Assembly (NCBI GenBank): GCA_964570665.1
Contig: CAZMZH010000001.1
Coordinates: 210-64,209 of the forward strand
Direction: 5' to 3'
Source: an uncultured Nitrospinota bacterium
Lineage (GTDB): Bacteria > Nitrospinota > Nitrospinia > Nitrospinales > JAJDAT01
DNA length: 64,000 bases
Shown here: in pieces, positions 1 to 9,567 of the stretch
How positions within the stretch are numbered: the first letter of the stretch is position 1
How the letters are laid out: the number at the start of each line of letters is the position of its first letter
The notes under the pieces: generated by a model
What the model was told of the DNA's origin: nothing
Seen by the model: only the letters and a program-made list of their open reading frames with translations
Database searches by the model: none
Translations under genes and position numbers: made by a program

Positions 1-2398
1 TCGATTCTAGGGCTTCACCACCCTCAACAATTTGTACTTTAAATAGGAACTGGACGATCTCTTCCTTCATCCTATGATTCATTTGCGCAAATAAATCAAA
101 TCCTTCTTTTTTATATTCCGTTAAGGGATTCTTCTGAGCGTATCCTCTAAGGCCGATACCTTCTTTAAGATGATCCATCGAAAGCAAATGATCTCTCCAT
201 AATCCGTCTAAAACCTGTAACATGATCATCCGCTCATTCAACCGAAAAAACTCAAGGTCGACTAATTCTTCTTTTTTCGCATATTCTTTGGTAACCCCCG
301 CCATTATAAAATCATGCAGTTTTAAGCGATCGCATCCTTCTAAAGCCAGACGGGTTCCATCCTGAGACTCCAACTCTTTATCGTCTGCTTTCTTGATTGA
401 ATAGGAAAATTGTCTATCCAAATAATCGTTCAGACGGCTAATATCCCATTCTTCAGGGTAGATATCCTCATGAGCCAATTCAGCCAACTCTCCATCTAAT
501 GTTTCAAAAGCCATATCCAACAGTATTTCCTTAGGGTCGGTAGCTAGAATCTCTTTACGGAGCGCATAAATGACTTCTCTTTGCTTATTCATAACATCGT
601 CATACTCCAAAAGATGCTTACGAATATCAAAGTTATGAGCTTCTACTTTACGTTGGGCATTTGCTACGGCTTTGGTCACCATGGTATGTTCAATGGGTTG
701 ACCGTTTTCCATTCCCAGTTTTGCCATGATCCCAGAAATCTTATCCGAACCAAAAATTCTCAAAAGATCGTCTTCTAAAGAAAGAAAAAACCTCGACGAA
801 CCGTTATCCCCTTGCCTACCGGATCGGCCTCTTAACTGATTGTCAATGCGCCGGGCTTCGTGCCTTTCGGTACCAAGAATATGGAGACCGCCAAGGTCCG
901 CTACCCCTTCTCCTAAAACGATATCGGTACCACGACCAGCCATATTAGTGGCTATAGTTACCGCCCCGTTTTGACCCGCCTCCGAGATTATTTCAGCTTC
1001 TCTTTCATGCTGTTTCGCGTTTAAAACGTGGTGCTTTATCCCGTGTTTTTTAAGATGTTTACTTAAAAGTTCAGACTTCTCGATTGATATAGTACCCACC
1101 AAAACCGGTTGTCCCACTTTGTTACATTCATTGATCTCTTCTATAGCGGCGTCAAACTTTTCCTTTTCAGTCCTGTAAATTACGTCTGGATGGTCTTTAC
1201 GGACCATATTTTGGTTGGTCGGGATTACGAGAACTTCTAATTTATAAATTGAATGGAACTCTGTGGCCTCCGTATCGGCAGTACCGGTCATCCCGGCTAA
1301 TTTATTATAGATTCGAAAGTAGTTTTGGAAAGTAACGCTAGCCAAGGTTTGGTTTTCATTTTCTATATCTACGCCTTCTTTGGCCTCAAGAGCCTGGTGA
1401 AGTCCGTCGCTATAACGCCTGCCTGGCATCATCCTTCCCGTAAACTCGTCGATAATAACCACCTGACCTTCGTTTACGACATAGTCCACTTCTCTTTTAA
1501 AAAGGACGTGCGCTTTTAACCCCTGGTTTACGTGATGAAGATTTTCAATATTAGAGGGATCGTATAAGTTTTCTATCCCCAAAATCTTTTCCACTGCCGC
1601 GACGCCTTCTTCATTTAAAGAAACCGATCGCGCTTTTTCATCTTTAGTATAATGAGAAGGTTTTAGTTTCGGAATAACTTCATTGAGCGAATAATATTTA
1701 TCTGTCGACTCTTCCGAAGGGCCGGAAATAATTAAAGGCGTTCTCGCTTCGTCAATAAGAATACTGTCAACTTCGTCGACTATTGCGAAGTTTAAGTCGC
1801 GTTGAACATAATCGCTTAGGGAAAACTTCATGTTATCCCGCAAATAATCAAACCCATATTCATTGTTAGTCCCGTAAGTAATATCGGCTTGGTAGGCGGC
1901 TTTTCTTTCTTCGTCTGGCATATCGTGATAAATAGTTCCCACCGATAAGCCAAGAAACTTATAAATATTTCCCATCCATTCGCTATCGCGACTGGCTAAG
2001 TAATCGTTAACCGTTACGACGTGGACGCCTTTTCCAGTTAAAGCGTTTAAGTAAACTGGCAAAGTAGCCACTAATGTTTTACCTTCACCGGTTTTCATTT
2101 CGGCAATTTTGCCTTCATGTAAAACAACCCCGCCAACCAACTGAACGTCAAAGTGGCGCATATCTAAAGTTCTTCTTCCCGCTTCCCGAGCGGCGGCAAA
2201 CGCTTCTGGAATTAAACTATCTAGTTCCTCTCCCTGATCTAATCTTTCCTTAAAAAAAGGCGTCTTGGCTTTTAAATCTCCGTCAGACAAACCTCGAAAC
2301 TCATTTTCTAAAGCGTTTACTTTTTCAACGTACGCTTGTATTCGGGTGAGCTCACGGTCGTTTTTTGTTCCAAACACTTTTTGTAAAATATTAAACAC
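1..2398 (-). CDS. secA: Preprotein translocase ATPase SecA (partial; C-terminal end lies beyond the window start)
   Basis: Absent from the ORF track because it runs off the window. Manual reverse translation from GTG at 2396-2398 (GAGG about 6 nt upstream) gives [19 protein letters not shown]...[57 protein letters not shown] and further on [13 protein letters not shown]. The frame is still open at position 2 (..[14 protein letters not shown]). Confidence 0.92.
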   Translation of the reverse strand, partial: MFNILQKVFGTKNDRELTRIQAYVEKVNALENEFRGLSDGDLKAKTPFFKERLDQGEELDSLIPEAFAAAREAGRRTLDMRHFDVQLVGGVVLHEGKIAEMKTGEGKTLVATLPVYLNALTGKGVHVVTVNDYLASRDSEWMGNIYKFLGLSVGTIYHDMPDEERKAAYQADITYGTNNEYGFDYLRDNMKFSLSDYVQRDLNFAIVDEVDSILIDEARTPLIISGPSEESTDKYYSLNEVIPKLKPSHYTKDEKARSVSLNEEGVAAVEKILGIENLYDPSNIENLHHVNQGLKAHVLFKREVDYVVNEGQVVIIDEFTGRMMPGRRYSDGLHQALEAKEGVDIENENQTLASVTFQNYFRIYNKLAGMTGTADTEATEFHSIYKLEVLVIPTNQNMVRKDHPDVIYRTEKEKFDAAIEEINECNKVGQPVLVGTISIEKSELLSKHLKKHGIKHHVLNAKQHEREAEIISEAGQNGAVTIATNMAGRGTDIVLGEGVADLGGLHILGTERHEARRIDNQLRGRSGRQGDNGSSRFFLSLEDDLLRIFGSDKISGIMAKLGMENGQPIEHTMVTKAVANAQRKVEAHNFDIRKHLLEYDDVMNKQREVIYALRKEILATDPKEILLDMAFETLDGELAELAHEDIYPEEWDISRLNDYLDRQFSYSIKKADDKELESQDGTRLALEGCDRLKLHDFIMAGVTKEYAKKEELVDLEFFRLNERMIMLQVLDGLWRDHLLSMDHLKEGIGLRGYAQKNPLTEYKKEGFDLFAQMNHRMKEEIVQFLFKVQIVEGGEALES

Positions 2399-2465
2399 TA
2401 TTAACCTCGGCGCTTTTAGATCGTTAAAACCCTAGTAGATTCTATTTTTTTAATTATTATTTTTT

Positions 2466-2499
2466 GAAAAAAGAAAAAGCGTCAAATTTTTTTGACGCC
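2466..2499 (-). terminator. Rho-independent terminator downstream of the M23 peptidase gene
   Basis: On the minus strand GGCGTCAAA-AAAAA-TTTGACGC forms a hairpin (2479-2499) followed by TTTTTCTTTTTT. Confidence 0.45.
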
Positions 2500-2664
2500 T
2501 CGACACTCAAAATATTTGTAAGAAATGAAACCTTGGTTATTTTTGATTGGAAAGTTTATAGGGAAGAATTGCTCTTAAATTTTGCGGTTGTTGGGAACAG
2601 ATGGCTATCATTTATGAGGACTTAAGCAATCATTAAAAAAATGTCAAATAAAACCGCGACGAAT

Positions 2665-3594
2665 TTATTCCTCTAAAATATAACTTTTCGGATTAACGGG
2701 GATCCCGTTAAAAATCACTTCGTAATGTAAATGAGGTCCTGTACTTCTACCCGTGTTGCCAACTAGAGCAATGATTTGACCTCGACTAACTTTATCGCCT
2801 ACTTTTACCAAATGCTTGGAGTTATGACCAAATCTACTTACAAAGCTATAACCATGATCAATTTCTATCATATTTCCATAGCCATATTCTTTTCCAGAAA
2901 CGACAACCGTTCCATCCGCTGGAGACCTAACTGGAGAACCTGTTCTGGCAGCAATATCCAACCCTTCGTGTTTTTCTCTTAAACCTGTAAATGGGGACTT
3001 CCTAAAACCAAAGTCCGACGTAACCCATCCTCTAATGGGCCAAACAGATGGAATAGACGCCAACATAGACGATTGGTTCTTAAAAAACTCGTCTAATTCT
3101 TGGAAACTGATACTCTGAATTTTAGCTTGGTTTGATAATAAATCTAAGTCCGTAGATAATCGGTTAACCATCGCGCCAGCCTCTTTTTCAAGAGATGTTG
3201 CAAAACTATGCGATGTCAACCCGTAGGGCCCGCCAACTCCCCAGTTCTTCTCCAAAGATTTAGGAGAATTTTCCAAGGCTGTAATGGTTCTTAATTTCTT
3301 TTCAAATCGCGCTAAACGCGACATTTCCGTTTCAAAGTTTTTTACTTGTTGCGAAAATTGTTCAACCTGGATTTTCTGGAGTTTGGTTTGTCTTCTTAAA
3401 TCCGTTAACTGAGCCGTTTCAGACTTTAATTTAAAATATCCTGTAGAAAAATAATAAATAGTCCCCGAAATACCCACCAAAAATAAAGCCATGGTAAACA
3501 AACAAACGGGAATCAAAATTTTCGGTAATTTATATTTTTTGGGCTTTACTGTATCGCCAGGAAATACAATTATTCTGTAATCTTTATTAGACAC
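2665..3594 (-). CDS. M23 family metallopeptidase (EnvC/NlpD-like murein hydrolase factor) with N-terminal TM and coiled coil
   Basis: C-terminal LytM signature HEGLDIAARTGSPVRSPADGTVV...GNTGRSTGPHLHYEV. The N-terminus has a TM helix and then a coiled-coil region. Confidence 0.85.
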   Translation of the reverse strand: MSNKDYRIIVFPGDTVKPKKYKLPKILIPVCLFTMALFLVGISGTIYYFSTGYFKLKSETAQLTDLRRQTKLQKIQVEQFSQQVKNFETEMSRLARFEKKLRTITALENSPKSLEKNWGVGGPYGLTSHSFATSLEKEAGAMVNRLSTDLDLLSNQAKIQSISFQELDEFFKNQSSMLASIPSVWPIRGWVTSDFGFRKSPFTGLREKHEGLDIAARTGSPVRSPADGTVVVSGKEYGYGNMIEIDHGYSFVSRFGHNSKHLVKVGDKVSRGQIIALVGNTGRSTGPHLHYEVIFNGIPVNPKSYILEE

Positions 3595-3999
3595 CCTGTA
3601 CTCCTATAAATTAGCAAACTTTTTTCCAAAGAATCGTATCCTCTAAGTCCTTACAATGTCAACACTTTTTTCAATATCAGCGCCTATTTGTTCTTAAATT
3701 TCGAGGTACCACTATTATAACCAATTTCCAAGTAAATTTAAGAAATAAATCTCGTAAATCTAATAAATTTCTTCTTAATTACAAAAAAAGACCCTAAATT
3801 TAATTAAATTCCCATAAAAAGTTGTTAGTTTTAAGTAAAACTAAGAAGCTATCAACTTGGAAACTAGAGTCTATTTAATGAAAAAATAAGGAAATTCCTA
3901 TTTACCACGGAAATTTTCCCACAAAAATAAGGGAAATAGCTTAAAAGGAAGGCATAGAGAGGCTGTCGCAAAAAAATTGGCTGGTATAACAGTAGACTG

Positions 4000-6900
4000 T
4001 TATTGGATCGTAAATTCTTTAAACTTAGCCTTTTTCACCCGACCGCCTCTTATGGATTTGTTGAAGTTTTTCTGTAGTCTTTTCTGCAGTTTTTCTTTTA
4101 CGTATAAAATGTCGTTATAAAATTTCTTTTTGAGAAAGCTTTCAACAGTTTCAATCATAATTTTTTCATAAACCGGCATAGCTTCTCTAATCAACTTTGC
4201 GGTTTTGTTGTTATCCAACTCCACTTGCAAATCAAAGCTTAAAACTCGAATATCGTTAATGTTATATGCAACTGGCATAATGGTACCAAACATAATTGTT
4301 TTCTCAGTTGGAGATAAAGCGGCAAGTAATCCAGCGTCGGGATCGTCGGTTGTAGCTTCGCCTTTATCTCCTAAAGCGGCTTGCAAAGCTTTACTCACAT
4401 TCTTAGCCTCGTCTGACACCTTTTCTTCGCCAGCTAGAACAAGAGGTTTTGCCTGTTCTTTGGGTTGTTCCGTTTCAGCTGGAGCGGGTTGTTCCGTTGG
4501 CTGAGCGTTTGCTTGCTCGCTCGGAGGAGCCGTCTCAGCTTTATCAGTTTGATCAGACGCTGCTGTTTCTGCTTGTTCCGCCGGCTTTTCCTCCGCTGGC
4601 GGCGATTCGTTTGCAGCTTCAGCGGGCTTCATCTCTTCTTTTTCTGTTTTCTCAGGCTCTTTTTCTTCAGCTTTTGAATTACTCTCGCCTTCCATCGCCA
4701 AATTAAGAGCGTCTGGATTTCCTTCTTCAGTTTGATTGGGGTCTGCCTCTGATGAGGCTCCTTCACCTTCTTCTCCTTCTTCTTTTGAGTCGGCGCCTTC
4801 TTCTGCTGGAACCTCTTTTTTAAGAAATGGCAAATATTTAGCCACCTCTTCCGGCATGAACGTTTGCACGCCAAAGTAAAACGCTCCTGCGGTAATAGCA
4901 ACAGCCGCTAAGCTAGCTCCCATAAGAGCTTTGCCAAGAGTACTTGCTGGGATAGGAATAGGGCCTATTTTTCGTCTTGGTTCGTCTTCTTCCTCTTCTT
5001 CATAATCTTCGTCATCGCCTTCGTCGTCTTCATAATCTTCTTCTCGAATACCTCCAGTATCCGGTTCTTCCTCATCTTCGTCTACCTCGCCTTCCTCGTC
5101 TTCATCGTCTTCATAATCTTCTTCTTTAATACCACCGGTTGTATCTACTTCGACTTCCGGTTCTTCTATTACTTCTTCTTCGGCTACCGCAATGGCGGCT
5201 TCATCTTCCTCTGGAGCTCCTTGTACATGGCCTTCGTCAGCCACATCCACAGAATCTACAACGCCGGAGGCTCCGGTATCTCCATCTTTGTTCAACTCAT
5301 CTTGTTCTGCAAAGGCTTGCGCCCAAAGGTCTTCTTCGCTTCCTTCCGATGCCGACTCTTCCTCTTTAGGGGCCGCTCCATCTTTATTCAGCTCGTCTTG
5401 TTCGGCAAACGCCTGCGCCCAAAGATCCTCTTCGCTTCCTTCCGATGCCGACTCTTCCTCTTTAGGGGCCGCTCCATCTTTATTCAGCTCGTCTTGTTCG
5501 GCAAACGCCTGTGCCCACAGATCCTCATCGCCTCCTTCCGAATCGCCTCCTTCAGACCCCGCATCTTCCTCTTTAGGGGCCGCCCCTTCTTTATTCAGAT
5601 CGTCTTGTTCGGCAAACGCTTTTGCCCAAAGATCTTCTTCGGATTCTTCCGGTTTTTCATCAGCCACGGTATGGTCCTCTGAGTTTAGTTTCGGGTTTTC
5701 TTTGGGTTCTTCAATTACTTCTGTATTAGTAGTAACGGTATCATCCCAAGTTTCGTCAAGTTTTTCTTCAACTGTTGCGTTTTCTTCTTGTGGTTCTTGC
5801 GATGTTTCTTGAGTTATTTCTGTATCTTCTTGAGCTTCTTCGCTCAACATTCGCTCAATTTCATTTTGATCGTTGCCTGCTTCTGAGATATCTTCTTGAG
5901 CCGCTAATTCATCTGAGTTTTCAACCTCAGTCTCTACTTGTTGTTTTTCTTCCTCAATGGGTTCAGAAACCTGCGTTGCCGATTCCGGCTCCTCAATAGT
6001 CTTCTCAGGCTCTTCAGGTTGCTCATCTATTTTTTCATCAGTTTTTAATTCTGGCTCGTCTAAATCGTCCGCCGCTTCATCGTTAAATAAATCATCCAAC
6101 CCCATTTCTTCTTTGAGCGAATTTAAAATATCTTCTTCTGATTCTTCTGGCTCATCATGTTCATCGGGCTCTTCCGATTCTTCAACTTCCTCATCCACAT
6201 TAACAATTTTTTCCGAAGTTTCGGGAGAAATAGTTTCCGTATCGGAATTTTGGAGATTTTCTGTAGTTTCTCCAGGTAAAGTCTTGATAGCGCCTTCAAC
6301 TGTTTGGTTATTTTCAACCTCTTGTGAAGGCTCTTGATCCAAAATTTCTGGAGAGTCTTCTACTCCACCTTCCGGATCTTCCACACTTGGTTCATTCAAC
6401 ATCCCATCTAAAACATTATCTAAATCGGCTTCACTAGGTTGTTGAGAAACACCGGCAACTTCCTCGTTTGGGTCGGCAACTACCTCTGGAGCGTCATCAA
6501 TCCCAGCGTCTAATCCGCCATCACTTGTTTCATTCAGCATCCCATCTAAAACATTATCTAAATCGGCTTCACTAGGTTGTTGAGAAACATCGGCAACTTC
6601 CTCGTTTGGGTCGGCAACTACCTCTGGAGCGTCATCAATCCCAGCGTCTAATCCGCCATCACTTGTTTCATTCAGCATCCCATCTAAAACATTATCTAAA
6701 TCGGCTTCACTAGGTTGTTGAGAAACATCGGCAACTTCCTCGTTTGGGTCGGCAACTACCTCTGGAGCGTCATCAATCCCAGCGTCTGAGCCGCCAAAAC
6801 TTGTATCGCTCAAAACCCCATCTAAAATACTCTCTAAATCGTCCCCACTTGGTTGTGAAGAAAAATCTTCAACTTCTTCGGTTTGATCAACAACCTCTGG

Positions 6901-7452
6901 AGCGTCTTCTACCTCAGCATCCGAACCGCCAAAACTTGTATCGCTCAATACATTATCTAGAACATTGTCCAAATCGTCCGCCCCGGGACCGGATGAGACT
7001 ATATCAGCCGATTCGCTTGGGTCTTCAACAATTTCTGGAACATCTCCAGGCGCAATATCTCCAGGGCTTGCTACATCATTATTACCAACTTCAGATAAGC
7101 TCGAATCAACATCATCGACAACATCGGGGCCGTCATCCTCCAACATTTGATCCAGCATGTTTTCGATGTTGTCAGGATCAAAACTTGAATCAACGTTTTC
7201 AGGCTCTTCTTCAAAAACGCTTTGTTCCTCGCCAAAGTCCGAAATCCCCTCCGCCTGACCAATTCCAGTTGAGCTTTCTCCAGCTTCGCTTACCGACATA
7301 TCCTGAGAAAGGATTTGAGTCTCGGCGCTTCCTCCCTTTTCCGCTTGAAATTGAGCATCACATCCAACGCATTGGACACTCTGGTTTTCTACATTTGGGT
7401 CGGAAAACTCAACTTCGTTTTCGGTTTTACACTCTGGACAACTTATTTTCAT
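4000..7452 (-). CDS. Giant hyper-acidic tandem-repeat membrane protein: N-terminal zinc ribbon, ~750-aa D/E-rich repeat region, one TM helix, E/K/P/A-rich linker, C-terminal FliL-like domain
   Basis: N-terminus MKISCPECKTENEV...CVGCDAQF (CxxC...CxxC). Three families of in-frame tandem repeats. TM segment LGKALMGASLAAVAITAGAFYFGV. The C-terminus TIMFGTIMPVAYNINDIRVLSFDLQVELDN...MPVYEKIMIETVESFL resembles FliL family proteins. Confidence 0.8.
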   Translation of the reverse strand: MKISCPECKTENEVEFSDPNVENQSVQCVGCDAQFQAEKGGSAETQILSQDMSVSEAGESSTGIGQAEGISDFGEEQSVFEEEPENVDSSFDPDNIENMLDQMLEDDGPDVVDDVDSSLSEVGNNDVASPGDIAPGDVPEIVEDPSESADIVSSGPGADDLDNVLDNVLSDTSFGGSDAEVEDAPEVVDQTEEVEDFSSQPSGDDLESILDGVLSDTSFGGSDAGIDDAPEVVADPNEEVADVSQQPSEADLDNVLDGMLNETSDGGLDAGIDDAPEVVADPNEEVADVSQQPSEADLDNVLDGMLNETSDGGLDAGIDDAPEVVADPNEEVAGVSQQPSEADLDNVLDGMLNEPSVEDPEGGVEDSPEILDQEPSQEVENNQTVEGAIKTLPGETTENLQNSDTETISPETSEKIVNVDEEVEESEEPDEHDEPEESEEDILNSLKEEMGLDDLFNDEAADDLDEPELKTDEKIDEQPEEPEKTIEEPESATQVSEPIEEEKQQVETEVENSDELAAQEDISEAGNDQNEIERMLSEEAQEDTEITQETSQEPQEENATVEEKLDETWDDTVTTNTEVIEEPKENPKLNSEDHTVADEKPEESEEDLWAKAFAEQDDLNKEGAAPKEEDAGSEGGDSEGGDEDLWAQAFAEQDELNKDGAAPKEEESASEGSEEDLWAQAFAEQDELNKDGAAPKEEESASEGSEEDLWAQAFAEQDELNKDGDTGASGVVDSVDVADEGHVQGAPEEDEAAIAVAEEEVIEEPEVEVDTTGGIKEEDYEDDEDEEGEVDEDEEEPDTGGIREEDYEDDEGDDEDYEEEEEDEPRRKIGPIPIPASTLGKALMGASLAAVAITAGAFYFGVQTFMPEEVAKYLPFLKKEVPAEEGADSKEEGEEGEGASSEADPNQTEEGNPDALNLAMEGESNSKAEEKEPEKTEKEEMKPAEAANESPPAEEKPAEQAETAASDQTDKAETAPPSEQANAQPTEQPAPAETEQPKEQAKPLVLAGEEKVSDEAKNVSKALQAALGDKGEATTDDPDAGLLAALSPTEKTIMFGTIMPVAYNINDIRVLSFDLQVELDNNKTAKLIREAMPVYEKIMIETVESFLKKKFYNDILYVKEKLQKRLQKNFNKSIRGGRVKKAKFKEFTIQ
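5275..5650. repeat. Coding tandem repeat, 96-nt period, about 4 copies (two central copies near-identical)
   Basis: gctccatctttattcagctcgtcttgttcggcaaacgcctg recurs at 5375 and 5471, with diverged copies at about 5279 and 5567. It encodes EEDLWAQAFAEQDELNKDGAAPKEEESASEGS units. Confidence 0.9.
6400..6990. repeat. Coding tandem repeat, 138-nt period, about 3 near-identical copies plus about 1.5 diverged copies
   Basis: catcccatctaaaacattatctaaatcggcttcactagg starts at 6400, 6538 and 6676. Units 1 and 2 differ by 1 nt over 138 where compared. It encodes DLDNVLDGMLNETSDGGLDAGIDDAPEVVADPNEEVADVSQQPSEA units. Confidence 0.9.
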
Positions 7453-7712
7453 AACTAACTATTTATCAACAAGTTATATGGACTTTCTAATTATAATCTA
7501 ATATAATAAAATCGCAATAAAAACTGTTTTATTAATATTTTACGATCATTTCCGATAAGAAACTTGCAAATCAAAAAAAATCGTCCTTTATTGACAAAAT
7601 GGGATGATTTTTAATATAATTTCTGGACTTGAATGTTTCCAACGAGAATGTTCCTTACCTGAAATTATTTTTTTTTCCTGAATTATCTCTTCCCAACCAC
7701 TTAATTTTTTAG

Positions 7713-8384
7713 ATGAAATACTTTAGCGACAACAAAATTTGGCTATCTTCCATTATTTCAATTGCTTTCATATTACCTATTTCGGAAAAAAAGCCTTTCG
7801 ACTTAAATGTAATATCTCCAGCTTATGTTAAAGAATGGAATTTTCAAGAATCCGTATTTTCTAAAAGAGTCGCTCATAAAAAAAATGAAAAGCTCAAATA
7901 TAAAAATAAAGTAAAACGGCAAATTCGAAAAATTGCTTTTCAATATAAAACTGGTTTTAATAAAAATAAATTAGAAATGGTCTCAGAGCATATATTTGAA
8001 TATAGCCAAAAATATGGCTACGATCCGCTTTTTTTGACCGCTTTAATTATTACTGAAAGCTCATTCAATAACCGAGCGAAATCTCACCAAGGAGCAATAG
8101 GCTTAATGCAAATTTTGCCCCGAACGGGTTCGGCTTTAGCTTCTGAAACACAAATGACCTGGAAGGGCAAAAAGACTCTTTATGATCCTGAAGTAAATAT
8201 TGCTCTTGGAGCATTTTATTTAAACAAATTACTAAAACGGTTTCGAGACCTTAGTTTGGCATTAGAGGCTTACAACCATGGCCCCACTCAATTAAGACAA
8301 TTTTTGAAGCTTGGGATTCGACCCAAAAAGTATTCAAACAAAGTTTATAAAAACTACAATATGATTAAAGCGCGGTCTATTTAA
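7713..8384 (+). CDS. Lytic transglycosylase (SLT domain) protein
   Basis: ALIITESSFNNRAKSHQGAIGLMQILPRTG ... AYNHGP is the catalytic Glu-Ser and GLMQ motif set of SLT family 1. Confidence 0.85.
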   Translation: MKYFSDNKIWLSSIISIAFILPISEKKPFDLNVISPAYVKEWNFQESVFSKRVAHKKNEKLKYKNKVKRQIRKIAFQYKTGFNKNKLEMVSEHIFEYSQKYGYDPLFLTALIITESSFNNRAKSHQGAIGLMQILPRTGSALASETQMTWKGKKTLYDPEVNIALGAFYLNKLLKRFRDLSLALEAYNHGPTQLRQFLKLGIRPKKYSNKVYKNYNMIKARSI

Positions 8385-8386
8385 TC

Positions 8387-8794
8387 ATGCACCCAACTGG
8401 GTTTTATTGCCATCGTATTTCATACTTCACCGCAACCCGCCTCTGTGGGGTTTTTATTTTTTTCACCTTAATTTTTGGCGGTTGCTCAACCCTAGAGGTT
8501 GAAAAAGCTTTTAATGGAGAGTTTTCTAGGGCAAAAAATAATAAAGTAATAAATGATTATTGCTTAAATTGCCATGTGCATAGAGAATTCCAAGCCCAAA
8601 AACATATCTTAGAAAAACGAAAGTCTTATAGAAAAAATTTTTATAGAAAAACCTCAGATTGTCGCACCTGCCATTACATAAAAAAGGTTTGGGCTCGAAA
8701 CGATCTGAGAAGAAAAACGCGATACCCTTCCTTAGTTGGAAAAGGTCTATTTCTTGATTTTGAAAGTAAAGAAAAAAAAAAGAAAAAAAAGTAA
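8387..8794 (+). CDS. Putative small diheme c-type cytochrome lipoprotein with poly-lysine tail
   Basis: Two CxxCH motifs (CLNCH, CRTCH). Signal and lipobox-like LIFGGC. Starts 2 nt after the SLT stop. Ends ..KEKKKKKK, encoded by A10-G-A8 at 8772-8790. Confidence 0.5.
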   Translation: MHPTGFYCHRISYFTATRLCGVFIFFTLIFGGCSTLEVEKAFNGEFSRAKNNKVINDYCLNCHVHREFQAQKHILEKRKSYRKNFYRKTSDCRTCHYIKKVWARNDLRRKTRYPSLVGKGLFLDFESKEKKKKKK

Positions 8795-9056
8795 CGCCCT
8801 TCTCCAAGTTCATTCCTTTTTCTTAAGGCATTAAAATACGAGCAATTTTTTGAATGCATTGAATCGTTATTGCCTCTACCTGGTTTCTGAGTTTTATTCC
8901 GCAAAACTAAAACCTTTTACAAAATAAAATTAATCTATTCGTCTTTTTATTTCGGGTTTACTCAAATGAGGCTCTATACTAAATAAAAATTTGCTTTAAT
9001 GACAATAAGATGAATAAAATCAGTTTTGGTTTATATCCAAACCTACAAAAACCTTT

Positions 9057-9545
9057 TTGAAAGGTAAAACAGTGAAAAAAATTCTATTTTTAACTCTAAC
9101 TACTTTTATATTTTCTGTTTTTGCACCTATCAACTCAGCATACGCATTAAAAGCCATGGACACCGTAGAATCCCTTGCGCCCCATTGCGATAAAGACATT
9201 TTTCACGCTTGTTTTAAAATTGGCGAAAAATACCGAGTTTTAGATAAAGATCCCAAAACAGCTCTTCCATATTTTGAAAAAGCCTGCAGGGGAGGTCATT
9301 ACACAGCTTGTTCCCATGCCGGAATCCTTTTAATGCAAAAAGGAACTCCTTATAGTAAGGAATTTAAAAAAGCCACTAAATACTTTGAAATGGCTTGCGA
9401 AAATAAACACGATAAAGCCTGCTTTAACTTAGGCTCTATAAAATACAAGGAAGGTCGACAAAAGAAGGCAATAAAATGGTTTGACGTGTCTTGCGAATTA
9501 GGTAATTTATTTGGATGTAATAGAGCAAACAAATTAAAAAAATAA
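9057..9545 (+). CDS. Secreted Sel1-like repeat protein of the cysteine-rich Hcp type
   Basis: Signal peptide, then repeated C-x7/8-C Sel1-like units (ACRGGHYTACSHAGILL, ACENKHDKACFNLGSIKY, SCELGNLFGC). The start could be TTG 9057 or GTG 9072. Confidence 0.65.
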   Translation: MKGKTVKKILFLTLTTFIFSVFAPINSAYALKAMDTVESLAPHCDKDIFHACFKIGEKYRVLDKDPKTALPYFEKACRGGHYTACSHAGILLMQKGTPYSKEFKKATKYFEMACENKHDKACFNLGSIKYKEGRQKKAIKWFDVSCELGNLFGCNRANKLKK

Positions 9546-9567
9546 TTTACAAACGCAAAAATCTAAA

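Noticed and set aside
581-1519. ORFs 581..778 and 1325..1519 (+)
   Set aside because: They lie inside and antisense to secA.
4000-4400. The FliL-like domain as evidence of a flagellar locus
   Set aside because: No other flagellar or chemotaxis structural genes occur in the 64 kb. The neighbours are cell-wall enzymes.
5275-6990. Regularly spaced direct repeats that could be mistaken for a CRISPR array
   Set aside because: The periods (96 and 138 nt) are contiguous with no unique spacers, are in frame, and lie inside one long ORF. No cas genes are present.
4205-7454. Many long plus-strand ORFs (for example 5192..5812 at 206 aa, 6744..7454 at 236 aa, 5221..5682, 5957..6337) plus minus-strand out-of-frame ORFs inside the acidic-protein gene
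   Set aside because: They are mirror or alternative frames of a GA/TC-biased repetitive coding region. Their products are Ser/Leu/Arg/Phe low-complexity strings, and they fully overlap a 1150-aa ORF with recognisable terminal domains.
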